Positions 1 to 12,277 of a DNA stretch of 64,000 bases are shown piece by piece. Under the pieces are notes generated by a model. That model did no database searches and was not told the DNA's origin. It was given only the letters and a program-made list of their open reading frames with translations. The position numbers and the translations under genes were made by a program. Origin of the DNA: Eledone cirrhosa (lineage: Eukaryota); the NCBI GenBank assembly GCA_964016885.1, contig OZ024746.1:56668001-56732000 (forward strand), read 5' to 3'. Position 1 is the stretch's first letter. Every line of letters starts with the position of its first letter.

Positions 1-296
<296 letters not shown>

Positions 297-301
<5 letters not shown>

Positions 302-478
302 AGAACATTTTCGAAACAGCGAGTGGGTTTGAAATTATTAGAAATATAAGCTATCGCCGTATTTTGACTAGAGAAATTAAAGAAATTATTTACTTTAATT
401 TCTTTACTCAAAATACGGCGATAGCTTATATTTATAATAATTTCAAACCCACTCGCTGTTTCGAAAATATTCTTATTT
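297..478. repeat. Fold-back palindrome, about 86 bp arms and about 10 nt loop
   Basis: 297-382 (GAGAACATTTTCGAAACAGCGAGTGGGTTTGAAATTATTA...) is the reverse complement of 393-478 with few mismatches. A partial third copy lies at about 654-692. Confidence 0.9.
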
Positions 479-695
479 GACATTACAGTCGCTAAGTTTA
501 TAGCTTCTATATTAAATGGAAAAAAAACGGGTGATGTGCTGGTGTAAATGGTAGCACAGTGATCCGTATAACCAAAGATGTGTGTTCTACTCCCATGTAT
601 GTAAATACTCCTCTTTTTCCATTTCTCAGAGGGTTCTTAACTCCACTATCAGGCTAAATAATTTCTTTAATTTCTTTAGTCAAAATACGGCGATA

Positions 696-762
<67 letters not shown>

Positions 763-763
<1 letters not shown>

Positions 764-1500
764 TAAAATAACAAATTAAACTTATATTGGGTGTGGTTGT
801 CTTTTAGACTCCAGATATAAGCTGAAACTGACGTCATATTCCTTCTTAGAGTGTAACGAAAAGAATGGGTATGCATGTATAGACGCTGCTTGAATCTATT
901 GTCGGTTAACCCTATGTAGGCCCTACGGGACGTGGGTGTTTCAACCTTACATTCGTAGACAATGTTACTAGAGAGGCATTTCCCGGATAGGGGGCAATCA
1001 ACCCGATTTCTACAATTATAGTTAGTACTAACTACAGGGTTGCAAGTGTTCCTACGGCTAGGTAGTTGAGCCAAATTTGAACGCTGATGTTATGTGCAAG
1101 GTTAGGAGTCGTAGAGTAAGACATTTTAATAGTATTTCTATTAAAAAATTTACTATTTTTATGTGTAGGTGGAAAATGCTTCATAATAAGGGATAGAAGG
1201 ATCTTAGCTAATTGTATGGCCACCTCCATATTATATGGTGGGTTATACCATATAATGCGTCGGGATCTGTTTCTTCTAGATCTATTCTTGTACTCTGTAT
1301 ATGCTACCTTATCGACAAATCCACTCCGAGCAAGCGCTTCATTATAATATGTGGAATGGTCGATGAAGCACCGATTAGTTTTACGGTAATCCTTAGTTAC
1401 AGCATTATGTAGTAGTTGATGGTAAGTACTGCGCTTCACTTGGTATAGGTTGCTAGTTTTGTCGGAATGGACGTGCGCGGCATTAGAATCCTTAAATTTT
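763..1500 (-). pseudogene. Penelope-like element remnant: N-terminal piece, C-terminal RT region and GIY-YIG endonuclease, frameshifted
   Basis: The minus-strand translation gives SDKTSNLY..Y..LL.NAVTKDY, YNEALARSGF, RRIIWYNPPY, KMSYSTTPNL, CNC-like NYNCRNRVDCPLSGKCL, then IVYEC..YIGLT..FKQRLYMH (GIY-YIG). Confidence 0.85.
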
Positions 1501-1608
1501 AATCTGTTATTTTAATATATATTTGCTCTTCGGTTCTTATATATTTGATATATATTTATCCTTATCGAGCCGTCTTTGTATTTTAGTCTTCAAATTTATT
1601 ATTATTAC

Positions 1609-1651
<43 letters not shown>

Positions 1652-1704
1652 CTATATATATATACAATTATATGTATATATATTAGGCACCATATCATGG
1701 TTCC

Positions 1705-1775
1705 TATTTCATCTGATGAGAACGCAAATATCGTCCCAGGAGGATATTTGTTTTTGAAATACGCATAATAAAATA
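1705..1775 (+). ncRNA. Minimal type I hammerhead ribozyme motif
   Basis: TATTTCAT-CTGATGA-GAACGCAAATAT/ATATTTGTTTTT (stem II)-GAAA-TACGCA-TA-ATAAAATA. Stem I pairs 7/8 and stem III is a near-palindrome. Confidence 0.7.
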
Positions 1776-1811
1776 CGTGGAACTTTTTTAACCATCTATT
1801 AATCTCTTCTT

Positions 1812-1845
<34 letters not shown>

Positions 1846-3857
1846 TTTACATATATATATATACATACATACATATACGTGTTTTGCAACGGGTCACTTT
1901 GTGGCTCAATGAAAAGTTAATAAATTAAATAATCAGAGCTATATATCATAAAGCATGTCTATAGAATCACCAGATAAAATATATACAATTTCGTCTCCCA
2001 ATTAGCATAATTAACTATATAAAAAATCGAATACACCAGGCTATAAGAATAAGGCTTCTATGAAGAAATCTCCAACAAATAACCGAAACTAGCCCTTCGG
2101 TCGGCCGCGACAGAATATTTATCGAATATTTCGACAGCGTAATCGCCCAGTACAGTCAATTAAACAGAGTTAGGTGTAAAATAAACTAGGAGAAAATAGA
2201 ATACATTTATTTTATGATAAATATATATATACATATATATATACAATATATTATTAAATGGAAACTATATTTATAAAACCATATTTATTTCATTATATAT
2301 ATATCAAGGGCAACGAAGGCAAATTATGGTGCGCTTTCATCAGATAAAATACAAATTTGTTTTATAAATAAATATTGACATACCTGGAAAAAAGACAACC
2401 TTAACGGCTGGAGCTTCCTGGATAGTGGAGATAATATTTTATTGATGGTAATACAAAGTTATGAGTGAGTATGCAAATGAGTGTCCGAAAAGTTGAAAAG
2501 ATAACGGTTTATTTAAATTAAACTGTTGGAAGAAGTTGATATGTAAGGGAGAGAGAAAAAAGAAAAAGAAGGAGAAAGAGAGAAAAGGAAAGAAAGAACG
2601 ATTATACATAGTGATAGTGGAGATAGACAGAGTGAATGAAGAAAAAAGTTTTATTGGGAAAATATACATAGCGAAAATATATCTAAGTATAAGGAGAAGT
2701 GAAAGAAGAAATAAGATTAACGTGGAAGGATAATATTTAGAATGTAGGGTTCATTACGTTTTGATTATAATATTTATAATGATAGGTTGAAATATTAGAT
2801 TAAAATTAAAAATTAAAAATCAAAATTAAAAGATTAAAATGTGCCTTAATATTAAAGATTTAATTTAATATTAATATTAAAAATTAAAAATTTAAAAATT
2901 AAAAATTAAAAATTAAAACAGAAGTATTTATATTATATTAAGATGTATTAGTAATAATATATTGGTTTAGATGTGTATGTTATGGATTATAAATTATTTA
3001 ATTAAATATATCGTATTTTACATTAGAGAAAATCTAATGTAGTTTATTTTATTAAAGTAATTTTGGCAAAATTATATTTATTAATAGTTGTAAGTCAAAA
3101 CTTAAACATCCAAATAATTCTAAATTTATGAAAATTTGGGAGAGTTTACAAAGGAATAACTACTTAATTATATTATAAAAACAATGGAAGTTAGAAGTAA
3201 TTTTTTAAGAACTTAAATGACTCCAAGTATACATAAAAAAACTTTTCGAAAACAAATGTTTTTTTTTATTTTTAAAAGTTTTTTTATGAGAAGTCATAGC
3301 TGTTATAAAGTTAAAACATGTTATCCTAAGAATATAATTAAAACATAAACCATAGGTTATTTTATAAGAATTCATACTTGTAATAAAGTTTTTAAAAATT
3401 ATCTTAAGAATACAGGTAAACATAAACCATAGATTATTCCACATATATATAAAAAAACCTATATATAAAAACCATATGTTATTCTACATATATATAAATA
3501 TTTGAATACATATATTAAAAATGTTTGAAGACATAATATATTGGAAGATATGAAAATAATGGTTTTCCTATATCTTTCAAAGGAACTTTCAAAGAATTTT
3601 CTAAATCCTTCAGAAAGTTTTTCAAGGAAAGTTTTCCTTAAAAGAATTTCAAGTAGTCATATGAAAAAATATTATAATCTATTGATAAGTGTAATGATAT
3701 AAAGTATATTTATGAGGTAGAGATAATAGAAAGTAAATTAAATATATATGAATCATATATAGATATAATATGACGGATGAGGTTGTAGGTGGTTGGATAC
3801 AGAAAACATCATGTAACGGAGATTAACCATATATTACATTTTATATATATATATATA

Positions 3858-4047
3858 TCTAAAAGTTGAGTTTAAACGATGTTTACAAGAACTAAATAAA
3901 TTATTTCGCAAATTAATAGAGTTTTTACTTTTTAGTATAAAGAATATTTCTTCAACGGAAAGGGAGCAATTTTTGGATAGAGCCGTGTATGAAGGAGTTT
4001 TGGAGATAATTTCCCAAGATAAAGAATAGTTAATATTTTTGGATTTT
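3858..4047 (-). pseudogene. C-terminal tail of a Penelope GIY-YIG endonuclease
   Basis: Manual minus-strand translation gives NINYSLSWEIISKTPSYTALSKNCSLSVEEIFFILKSKNSINLRNNLFSSCKHR. This resembles the W.I....PY...K.C.LC..EK..I...LN.R.E..S.C.H ending of such elements. Confidence 0.65.
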
Positions 4048-4968
4048 TATTTTTTTGTTTTTTCGAAAAGTTTTTTATGTATCCTTGGAGTCATTTGAGT
4101 TCTTAAAAACTCACTTCTAACTTCCTTTATACTTCCTTACTGTTTGATAACATAATTAAGTAGTTATTTCTTTGTAAACTCTCCTAAATTTTCATAAATT
4201 TAGAATTATTTGGATGTTTAAGTTTTGACTTACAACTATTAATAAATATAATTTTGCCAAAATTACTTTAATAAAATAAACTATACTAGATTTTCTCATG
4301 TAAAATACTATATCTTTATTTAAATAATTTATAATCCATAACTTACTCATCTAAACCAATATATTATTACTAATACATCTTAATATAATATAAATACTTC
4401 TGTTTTAGTTTTAATTTTTAATTTTTTAACTTTTAATTTTTAATATTAATATTAAATTAAATCTTTAATATTAAGGCAAATTTTAATCTTTAATTTTGAT
4501 TTTTAATTTGTAATTTTAATATAATTGTTCAACCTATCATTATAAATATTATAATCAAAACGTAATGAACCCTACATTCTAAATATTATTCTTCCACATT
4601 AATCTTATTTCTTCTTTCATTTCTTCTTATACTTAGATATATTTACGCTATGTATATTATTCCATTAACACTTTTTTCTTCATTCACTCTGTCTACCGCC
4701 ACACTATGTATAATCGTTCTATCTTTCCTCTTCTCTCTTTATTCTTCCTTTTCTTTTTTCTCTCTCCCTTACATATCATCTTCTTCCAACATTTTAATTT
4801 AAATAAACCGTTATCTTTTCAACTTTTCGGACACTCATTTACATACTCACTCATAACTTTGTATTACCCTCAATGAAATATTATCTCCATTATCCAGGAA
4901 CATCCCACCGTTATGCTTGTCTTTATTTTTTTCCGGGTATGTCAATATTTATTTATGAAACAAATCTG

Positions 4969-5034
4969 TATTTTATCTGATGAAATCGCACCATAATTTG
5001 CCTTGGTTGCTCTTGAAATATATATAATAAAATA
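4969..5034 (+). ncRNA. Minimal type I hammerhead ribozyme motif (mirror copy at 2286-2351, minus strand)
   Basis: TATTTTAT-CTGATGA-AATCGCACC..GGTTGCTCTT-GAAA-TATATA-TA-ATAAAATA. Stem I is a perfect 8 bp and stem III is palindromic. The mirror copy has GATA in place of GAAA. Confidence 0.75.
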
Positions 5035-5197
5035 AGTATGGTTTTGTAAATATAGTTTCAATTTATTAATATACTGTGTATTTATCCCACTCCTCTGTTG
5101 AGTGCTTTATATCAGTTATAATAATGTTTAAGCTTGTTGTATCCCAACAAATTAAATATAAACTCTGCATATATATATAGTGAGATATATATATAGT

Positions 5198-5315
<118 letters not shown>

Positions 5316-5321
5316 TTCGCC

Positions 5322-6159
5322 CAGATTCGCTAAGGTGAAACGAATACGAACTATAGACAATACGGTTTGCCTGACTCAATTTAAGAATAAATCAAGAATA
5401 TAAATACAAACAGGAATTGTGGTAACTACCAATCACCCAGAAAGTTTTTGGTACTGCTGTTTCGCAAAATTAATTGTGAATAGGAATGGCAATTCTTGCT
5501 CATCAGTGGTTGAAGAATTAGTATCCTAGACACTTCTATGTATATTAAGACACTGAATAGTGTGCGTATATATATCAACGCACATGGTATCTGAACTTAG
5601 CGCGTCTCAGAAACTTACACCGCTAAAAATAGCAGTCAGTTTTATTCGATATTTAACTTAGCTCAAGAAATTAAGGTATATATTGAGTTAGACACTCAAA
5701 ATAATTTACTCAATTATAATATACGGCTCGGAAATATGTCTTTCCTAGAGCTATTTTATTATAAGTGACTATTTTGAGTTTCTATCCTTTGATATATTCG
5801 ACTCCGTTAATTTGTTGAGATAATTCAAATGTCGAATAAACCTGGCTGCTATATTTAGTGGTGTAAGTTTTTAAGACGCGCTAAGTTCAGATATCTTGTG
5901 CGTTGTTATATATACGCACAGTATTCAGTGTCTTAATATACTTAGAAGTGTCTAGGATACTAAATCTTCAACCACTGATGAGCAAGAATTGGCATTCCTA
6001 TTCACAATTAATTTTGCGAAACAGCAGTACCAGAAGCTCCCTCGGTGATTGGTAGTTACCACAATTCCGGTTTGTATTTATTTTCTTGATTTATTCTCAA
6101 ATTGAGTCAGGCAAACACTGTTGTCTATAGTTAGTATTCTTTTCACCTTAGCGAATCTG
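5322..6159. repeat. About 840 bp near-loopless palindrome containing two opposed hammerhead cores
   Basis: 5322-5734 is the reverse complement of 5741-6159. CTGATGA..GAAAC cores lie at 5975-6029 (+) and 5452-5506 (-). Confidence 0.9.
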
Positions 6160-6228
6160 ATCCCTTACGATTTGAACACATATATGCATATATCTGTGTT
6201 CGTCTTTCTTTTATATTAAATTATTATA

Positions 6229-6298
<70 letters not shown>

Positions 6299-6319
6299 CA
6301 ACTCGGAAATGTCTACACT

Positions 6320-8125
6320 TAAACGTATACGAAATGATAAAAACATAACAATTAAACAAGCAGAATAAAGGGGATGCAATTGTTGTAATGGACGCTGAAT
6401 ACTACAAAGATGTGGTTGAGGAACAACTGAAAGACACAACATTCTACCATGAAATACCGTCAAATATAGACCACACATGAAGAAGATCAACAACCTGGCT
6501 TCAAAATACTACAACTCACTTACTTATAATGGAAGAGACTACATCACCAATTTTGAGGCTAAACCCAGCAACTGTTATGGCTTACCGAAAATTCACAAGT
6601 CAAAATAGATCCAACTGGTAGTAAAAGAACACAAAAGTACATTAAATTACTACACCCAAACAACTTAAAACTTAGACCTATTATAGCTGGTCCAACATGC
6701 CCTACCCACCGTCTAAGAAATTCTGTTGACATTATTTTGAAACCCCTATGTAATCACATAGCCAGTTTCATCAGTGATGTTATCGACTTCCTGTCCCATC
6801 TTCCCAAAACCACGGAAACGTATTCACTTCTACATAGTTTTGATGTGGTAAACCTTTACACCAACATTACACATGATTTAGGAATAAAGGCGGTTAAATA
6901 CTGGGTAGAAAAACATAGAGACGTGATTCCCACCATATTAACAGTGCAATTTATATTAGCCGCAGTCAGACTTATTCTGGAAAACAACACATTATTTTTC
7001 AATGGAAACAATTACATCCAAATTAGAGGCACAGCGATGGGAACGAAGTTTGCTCCCTTTTACGCGAACTCTGTATGGGATACTTAGAATAACAACTCTA
7101 CCAAAGAATAGAGGAAAAATATAGCACTTAATTTAGAAAATACATTGAAAAGTCTTGGAAGAGATACCTTGACGACTCTTTCAACATCTAGACAGAATCT
7201 CTAGATGCTCCGGATAAGTTCAATATCCTCCTGAATAACCTACACCCAACTCTCCTATTTATAAAACAGATGAGTAGTACTAAATTCCCATTCCTAGATA
7301 TAATGGTAATAAAAAACAACACCACTATTACCACGGATATATATTATAAACACACAGACACCCATCAATATCTGAATGTTAAGTCGTGCCATCCACCTCA
7401 TACAAAACGTAACATCCCATACTACTAAGCCAGAAGAATTTGTACCATTGTAGAAGATACGAATACCAGGAACAAACGCCTAACAGAACTGAGAGAATTT
7501 TTTCTCAAACACAAATACTTATCTCCACTGATAGAAAATGCCATACAGCGGGCTATAAAAATACCTATACAACAACTTAGGACACCCCAAGAAATAAGAA
7601 ACCGAGAACTGGTCATACCATTTTAGTGACACACAACCCATGTCACCAGAATATCTTCAACACTGCCAAAGCAAACATACCGATCATTGCTCAAAGTAAT
7701 GAATTAAAAGGTTTAATCAGAGACTGAGCTTTGATTCTCGAAAGACAGTCGAACAATTTGAAGTAATTACTAACAAATGCAAAGTTTGATCTTAACAACA
7801 AAGACCAATCATTCACTGTATCTAAATGCAATGATAGTCAATGTCGCACATGTCAGTTCATACATACTGGTCAATATATGAACACAAAACTGCAAAAGCA
7901 GGAATCTGATTTACTGCATTAATTTCCCGAGTTGTGAAGAACTATATATCGCTCAAACTGGAAATGCACTATCGGAACGTGCACGGGTGCACCGACTGCA
8001 AATCAGAGACCCAAAATATTTATAATATTTCCATTCTACAAACTACATAACCCAAGTGAAATCAAGCGAAAAATTAAAGAAAAGAATTGTATTGATAAAT
8101 TCCAACCCAAGCTAAATGAACAATA
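6320..8125 (+). pseudogene. Penelope-like retroelement RT plus GIY-YIG ORF, degraded
   Basis: Motifs in order: YGLPKIHK, LRPIIAGPTCPTHRL, SFDVVNLYTNI, QIRGTAMGTKFAP, WKRYLDD, PFLDI, TDIYYKHTDTHQYL, SCHPPHTKRNIPY, CNDSQCRTC, YIAQTG, IDKFQPKLN. Many stops and frameshifts. Confidence 0.93.
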
Positions 8126-8712
8126 ATAATGCTTAGGGGTATTACTTCTACTATGACTACGCCGACGACCATGTCGACTACCACCACTAACAACAACAAT
8201 AACAATAATAATAAGAAAAGTGATGTTGATGTTGATGATTACTGAAGATTTTTTTATAAAAACCCTAGAAAATACTATTTTCATCATTTCTAAAAATAGC
8301 AAAACAATTGATGCTTTGGACAGGGTCAAACAGAAGTCGTTAGACATACTCAAACAAACGTGACGCCTAAACCAATTTAGGTTTAGTAATCTAGTGAAAT
8401 CACACAACGATTAGTTGAAATACAATTTGCAAAACTTAGCATTCTGTAGCCCCTTTTTACTGTATATAAGTCACCGATTTTAGCCATCTCATTAGAGGTG
8501 AAAATTGCAAACTTGACTGTCACCACTGAATATGAACCCGAAAGTTGCGAAAGCATGAAAGTAACATTTAACATTTAATATTCTACCATACTATTTCATC
8601 ACAAATCATTATAATTTTAAAGGTTATATATAAAAAGAGTATATCAGACAAAGTTGAAATTAATTTTATTAATATAATCTTCTATACACAATCATACTTA
8701 CGCGGGTATATT

Positions 8713-8756
<44 letters not shown>

Positions 8757-9051
8757 CAAACAGATTAAAGATTAAGCAAAAATCGCTGCTTTCAACCTTA
8801 ACGGGATCTTCAGAGACTAAAAAAGTCAATCTGTGAACGCAGGACTAAATATTTCAAAAAACGTTGCAACCGAAGGAAGACAGGAAGACGATACTTTGGT
8901 TCGTGGAAACGTTCCTTGGCAAAGAACGAAAAGAAAACGAAGAAAATACGTCATTATTTGGAGCAGAGAGAACAATTACACGCAAATACAAAACCACCAA
9001 AATGGTATAAAGTTAGAAATGCTTATATACATACCAGGATTAAATCACTAA

Positions 9052-9116
9052 ATCCTGACCCAAGGGTTTCGCTCACATATTAAGGATATCTCGAGTTTAG
9101 TGCTCATCAGCGGACA
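9052..9116 (-). ncRNA. Type I hammerhead ribozyme motif
   Basis: Minus strand reads GTCCG-CTGATGA-GCAC...GTGAGC-GAAA-CCC-TT-GGG-TC-AGGAT. The core and GUC triplet are canonical, but stems I and II are imperfect. Confidence 0.65.
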
Positions 9117-9312
9117 AACTAGATAGGACAGATTATTTTCCGAAGTGCCCTCCGCCAAATACGAATTCAAAATGGTTGAGAACTGTGACGTGGCAGTGGT
9201 CAAATCAGGAAGGGTGTGATTGGTTGCTTACGGCGAGTGGGTTGGTTGCTAGAAAGCTCAGCCCAATATCTCCCAAATTGTATCTCAAACTTATGGGAGA
9301 TTATTAAATATA

Positions 9313-9679
9313 AATATTTACACATACACCAATTAAACTATTCACAGGTATATATGTGAGTTGGCAACTATTCACGATGTGGCTCAATGAAGAATTAATA
9401 AATTAAACAATCAGAGAAAAATACTCTTTAGTAAAGCATGACCAGAGAACTATTTGATAATATATATACATCATCTATACTCCCAATCAACATAATTAAC
9501 CACACAAAAAATAAATTAGACCAGGCTATAAGAATAAAAGGCACCTATAAAGAAACAGTAAATGCTTTACTCTATAGTATTTGGCTCTTATTGTTTAATT
9601 TATTAATTCTTCATTGAGCCACATCATGAATAGTTGCCAAAACACATATATACCTGTGAATTGGTGTATGTGTAAATAT
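9313..9679. repeat. Inverted repeat with about 100 bp arms (9313-9417 and 9585-9679)
   Basis: TGGCAACTATTCACGATGTGGCTCAATGAAGAATTAATAAATTAAACAAT and its reverse complement. A related direct copy lies at about 1880-2070. Confidence 0.85.
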
Positions 9680-9983
9680 ATATATATATATAGTTTTGCG
9701 TGAAAATGGCGTACACAATACAATATGCAACGGGAGGAAACAATAGCACCACTGACGATGTTGCAGATCTGCAACGAAAGAACTTTGATAAACTATATAT
9801 ATGTGCTTGTGTCTATATTGTATCTGTGTTTTTGACCGTTGGGCAGTCAATGGCAACATTTAGGACCGAATAAATTAAATTACTGATATAAAAGACACAG
9901 AAGCGAAAAGCGAAAACCAACGAAACAGTGAGTGTGTTCTGTTATTAATTCTGGCATTATTACACAAATATGACCTTCCCCAA

Positions 9984-10058
<75 letters not shown>

Positions 10059-10175
10059 CAGCGAGATCCTATTTCGGCGGTGGTCAAAATCTAAGCGAAA
10101 GGCAATTTTCGAGATATGCGGCAAGCCCCCAATGTATTAATATATATATATACACACGCACACACACACACATAT

Positions 10176-10409
<234 letters not shown>

Positions 10410-10617
10410 CAGTTGAGCAGTTGAAGTATAAGGACGTGTTTTTACTTCTCTCCCCGAGTAAGCAGCAAGTCACACAGCCACAAAACAAAACCAAACAAAC
10501 AAAAATTGACCGGTTAATACATTTTCATACATCTATATTATTATATATTTGAAAATTGACCGGTTAATACATTTTTCATACATCTATATTATTATATATT
10601 TGAAACCACGTGTTTTC

Positions 10618-11098
10618 GAACTTGTGAGTACATTTTCCTTTAACTACAAATTATTATTATATACTTTCGTCTTTTCATTAACTTAATTAATTTCAAATAA
10701 CCAGAATATACATATATATATATATATATATACTCATATTTATATATATACGCTTCTCACTCACACACAAGAAAAACAAAAAACAAAAATAAATCAAAAA
10801 TAAATTTAAAAAAAAAAAAATATATATATATTGAAATACTTAACTAAAACACACACACACGAACTTGTGAGTACATTTTCCTTTAACTACAAATTATTAT
10901 TATATACTTTCGTCTTTTCATTAACTTAATTAATTTCAAATAACCAGAATATACATATATATATATATATATACTCATATTTATATATATACGCTTCTCA
11001 CTCACACACAAGAAAAACAAAAAACAAAAATAAATAAAAAATAAATAAAAAAAAAATATATATATATATTGAAATACTTAACTAAAACACACACACAC
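10618..11098 (+). repeat. About 243 bp tandem duplication in the LINE 5' UTR, plus an about 50 bp duplication at 10502-10605
   Basis: GAACTTGTGAGTACATTTTCC...AAAACACACACACAC occurs at 10618-10860 and again at 10861-11098. Confidence 0.93.
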
Positions 11099-11109
11099 TC
11101 AAAACTAGA

Positions 11110-12277
11110 ATGGCTAACCAGCAAAAATCCAAACAGAACTGGTCTGATAATGAAATCGACATTCTAATAAACACATGGCATTGCCTTTCCCAAACAGAAA
11201 ATATAGATGCTTCATCTCTGAACGACATTGCTAAACGTACAGTTCAATTTTTGAAAACTCGATCTGAACAACAGATTCAAAATAAATTAAAGCAAATCGA
11301 AATTGCTTTTAAATTAATCAATAAACATTTGGATAAACTACGGTGTATTTTCTCTTCGAATGCTGACCAGCAGCAGCAACAACAACAACAGCAGCTACAA
11401 CAGCAACAACAACAACAGCTACAACAACGAACATCAACAACAGCTACAACAACAACATCAACAACAGCAACAACGACAACAACAGTGTGAACCACTCCTT
11501 GATTCATCAACAATGGCCGATCTACTAAATAAAACTATTGACCCCCCAGTAGCCTCTGTCTCACAGCATGAAACGCCACATCCTTTCTCTGGCCCAGCAG
11601 TCCAATCATCACCACTGCCAACATCTCTGCCTACTACTACTACTACTACTACAACATTTTTGTCTACTGCTATGTCAAGGAATTTACCTTCTAATACCAG
11701 AACAAGAACTCTCCCTCCCACAGTCCACAAAGGTCGTCAAATCCTACCCAAACCATCATCTACACCTCTCACAACACCCACACCCACATACCCACCCACT
11801 CGAAACCCCATCATTTGCCGCTACTCTCTACGCTATAGAATATGTACGGATAGTGGCTGCAAATTCACCCATTTACCTAGGACAAAACGATCTATCCCCA
11901 CAAACAGCCACCACCATAATACATACTCTAATTTAACACCAACACAACCACCAATAACTCAAACAAGGAATCCACAAATCTGCCGTTTTTCCCTGCGAGA
12001 CAGATTGTGTTTAGACCGGGATTGTCCCTTTACCCATCTCCCGGGGACCCGTCGGATAAATGAAAATAAAATTAAAAATAAAAGCAAAAACAAAAACCAT
12101 AACCTACATAAAAATAACCACTACCACAGTCACCAACAGTCTTCTAAACAGGAAACTTCTTCCCCTTTTTTAGCCATAATGAATCTGGCAAAAGAACTGG
12201 AAAAAAACATTCGAGCTATCACCCAGCACCACCCTCCACTATCACCCCACTGCACAAACTCCCATTGCTGCCATTAA
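11110..12277 (+). pseudogene. LINE ORF1 (Myb/SANT-like start, poly-Q, two CCCH zinc fingers), one frameshift in the CAA repeat
   Basis: WSDNEIDILINTW at the start. CRYSLRYRICTDSGCKFTH and CRFSLRDRLCLDRDCPFTH follow. The ORFs 11110-11490 and 11360-12277 overlap across the repeat. Confidence 0.75.

Larger units (their letters stand above)
2241..5081. repeat. Large inverted repeat (arms about 2241-3256 and 4055-5081), Penelope-associated
   Basis: The arms are diverged reverse complements, e.g. GAGTGTCCGAAAAGTTGAAAAGATAACGGTTTATTT near 2480 versus its reverse complement near 4800-4837. A hammerhead motif sits near each outer end. Confidence 0.92.
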
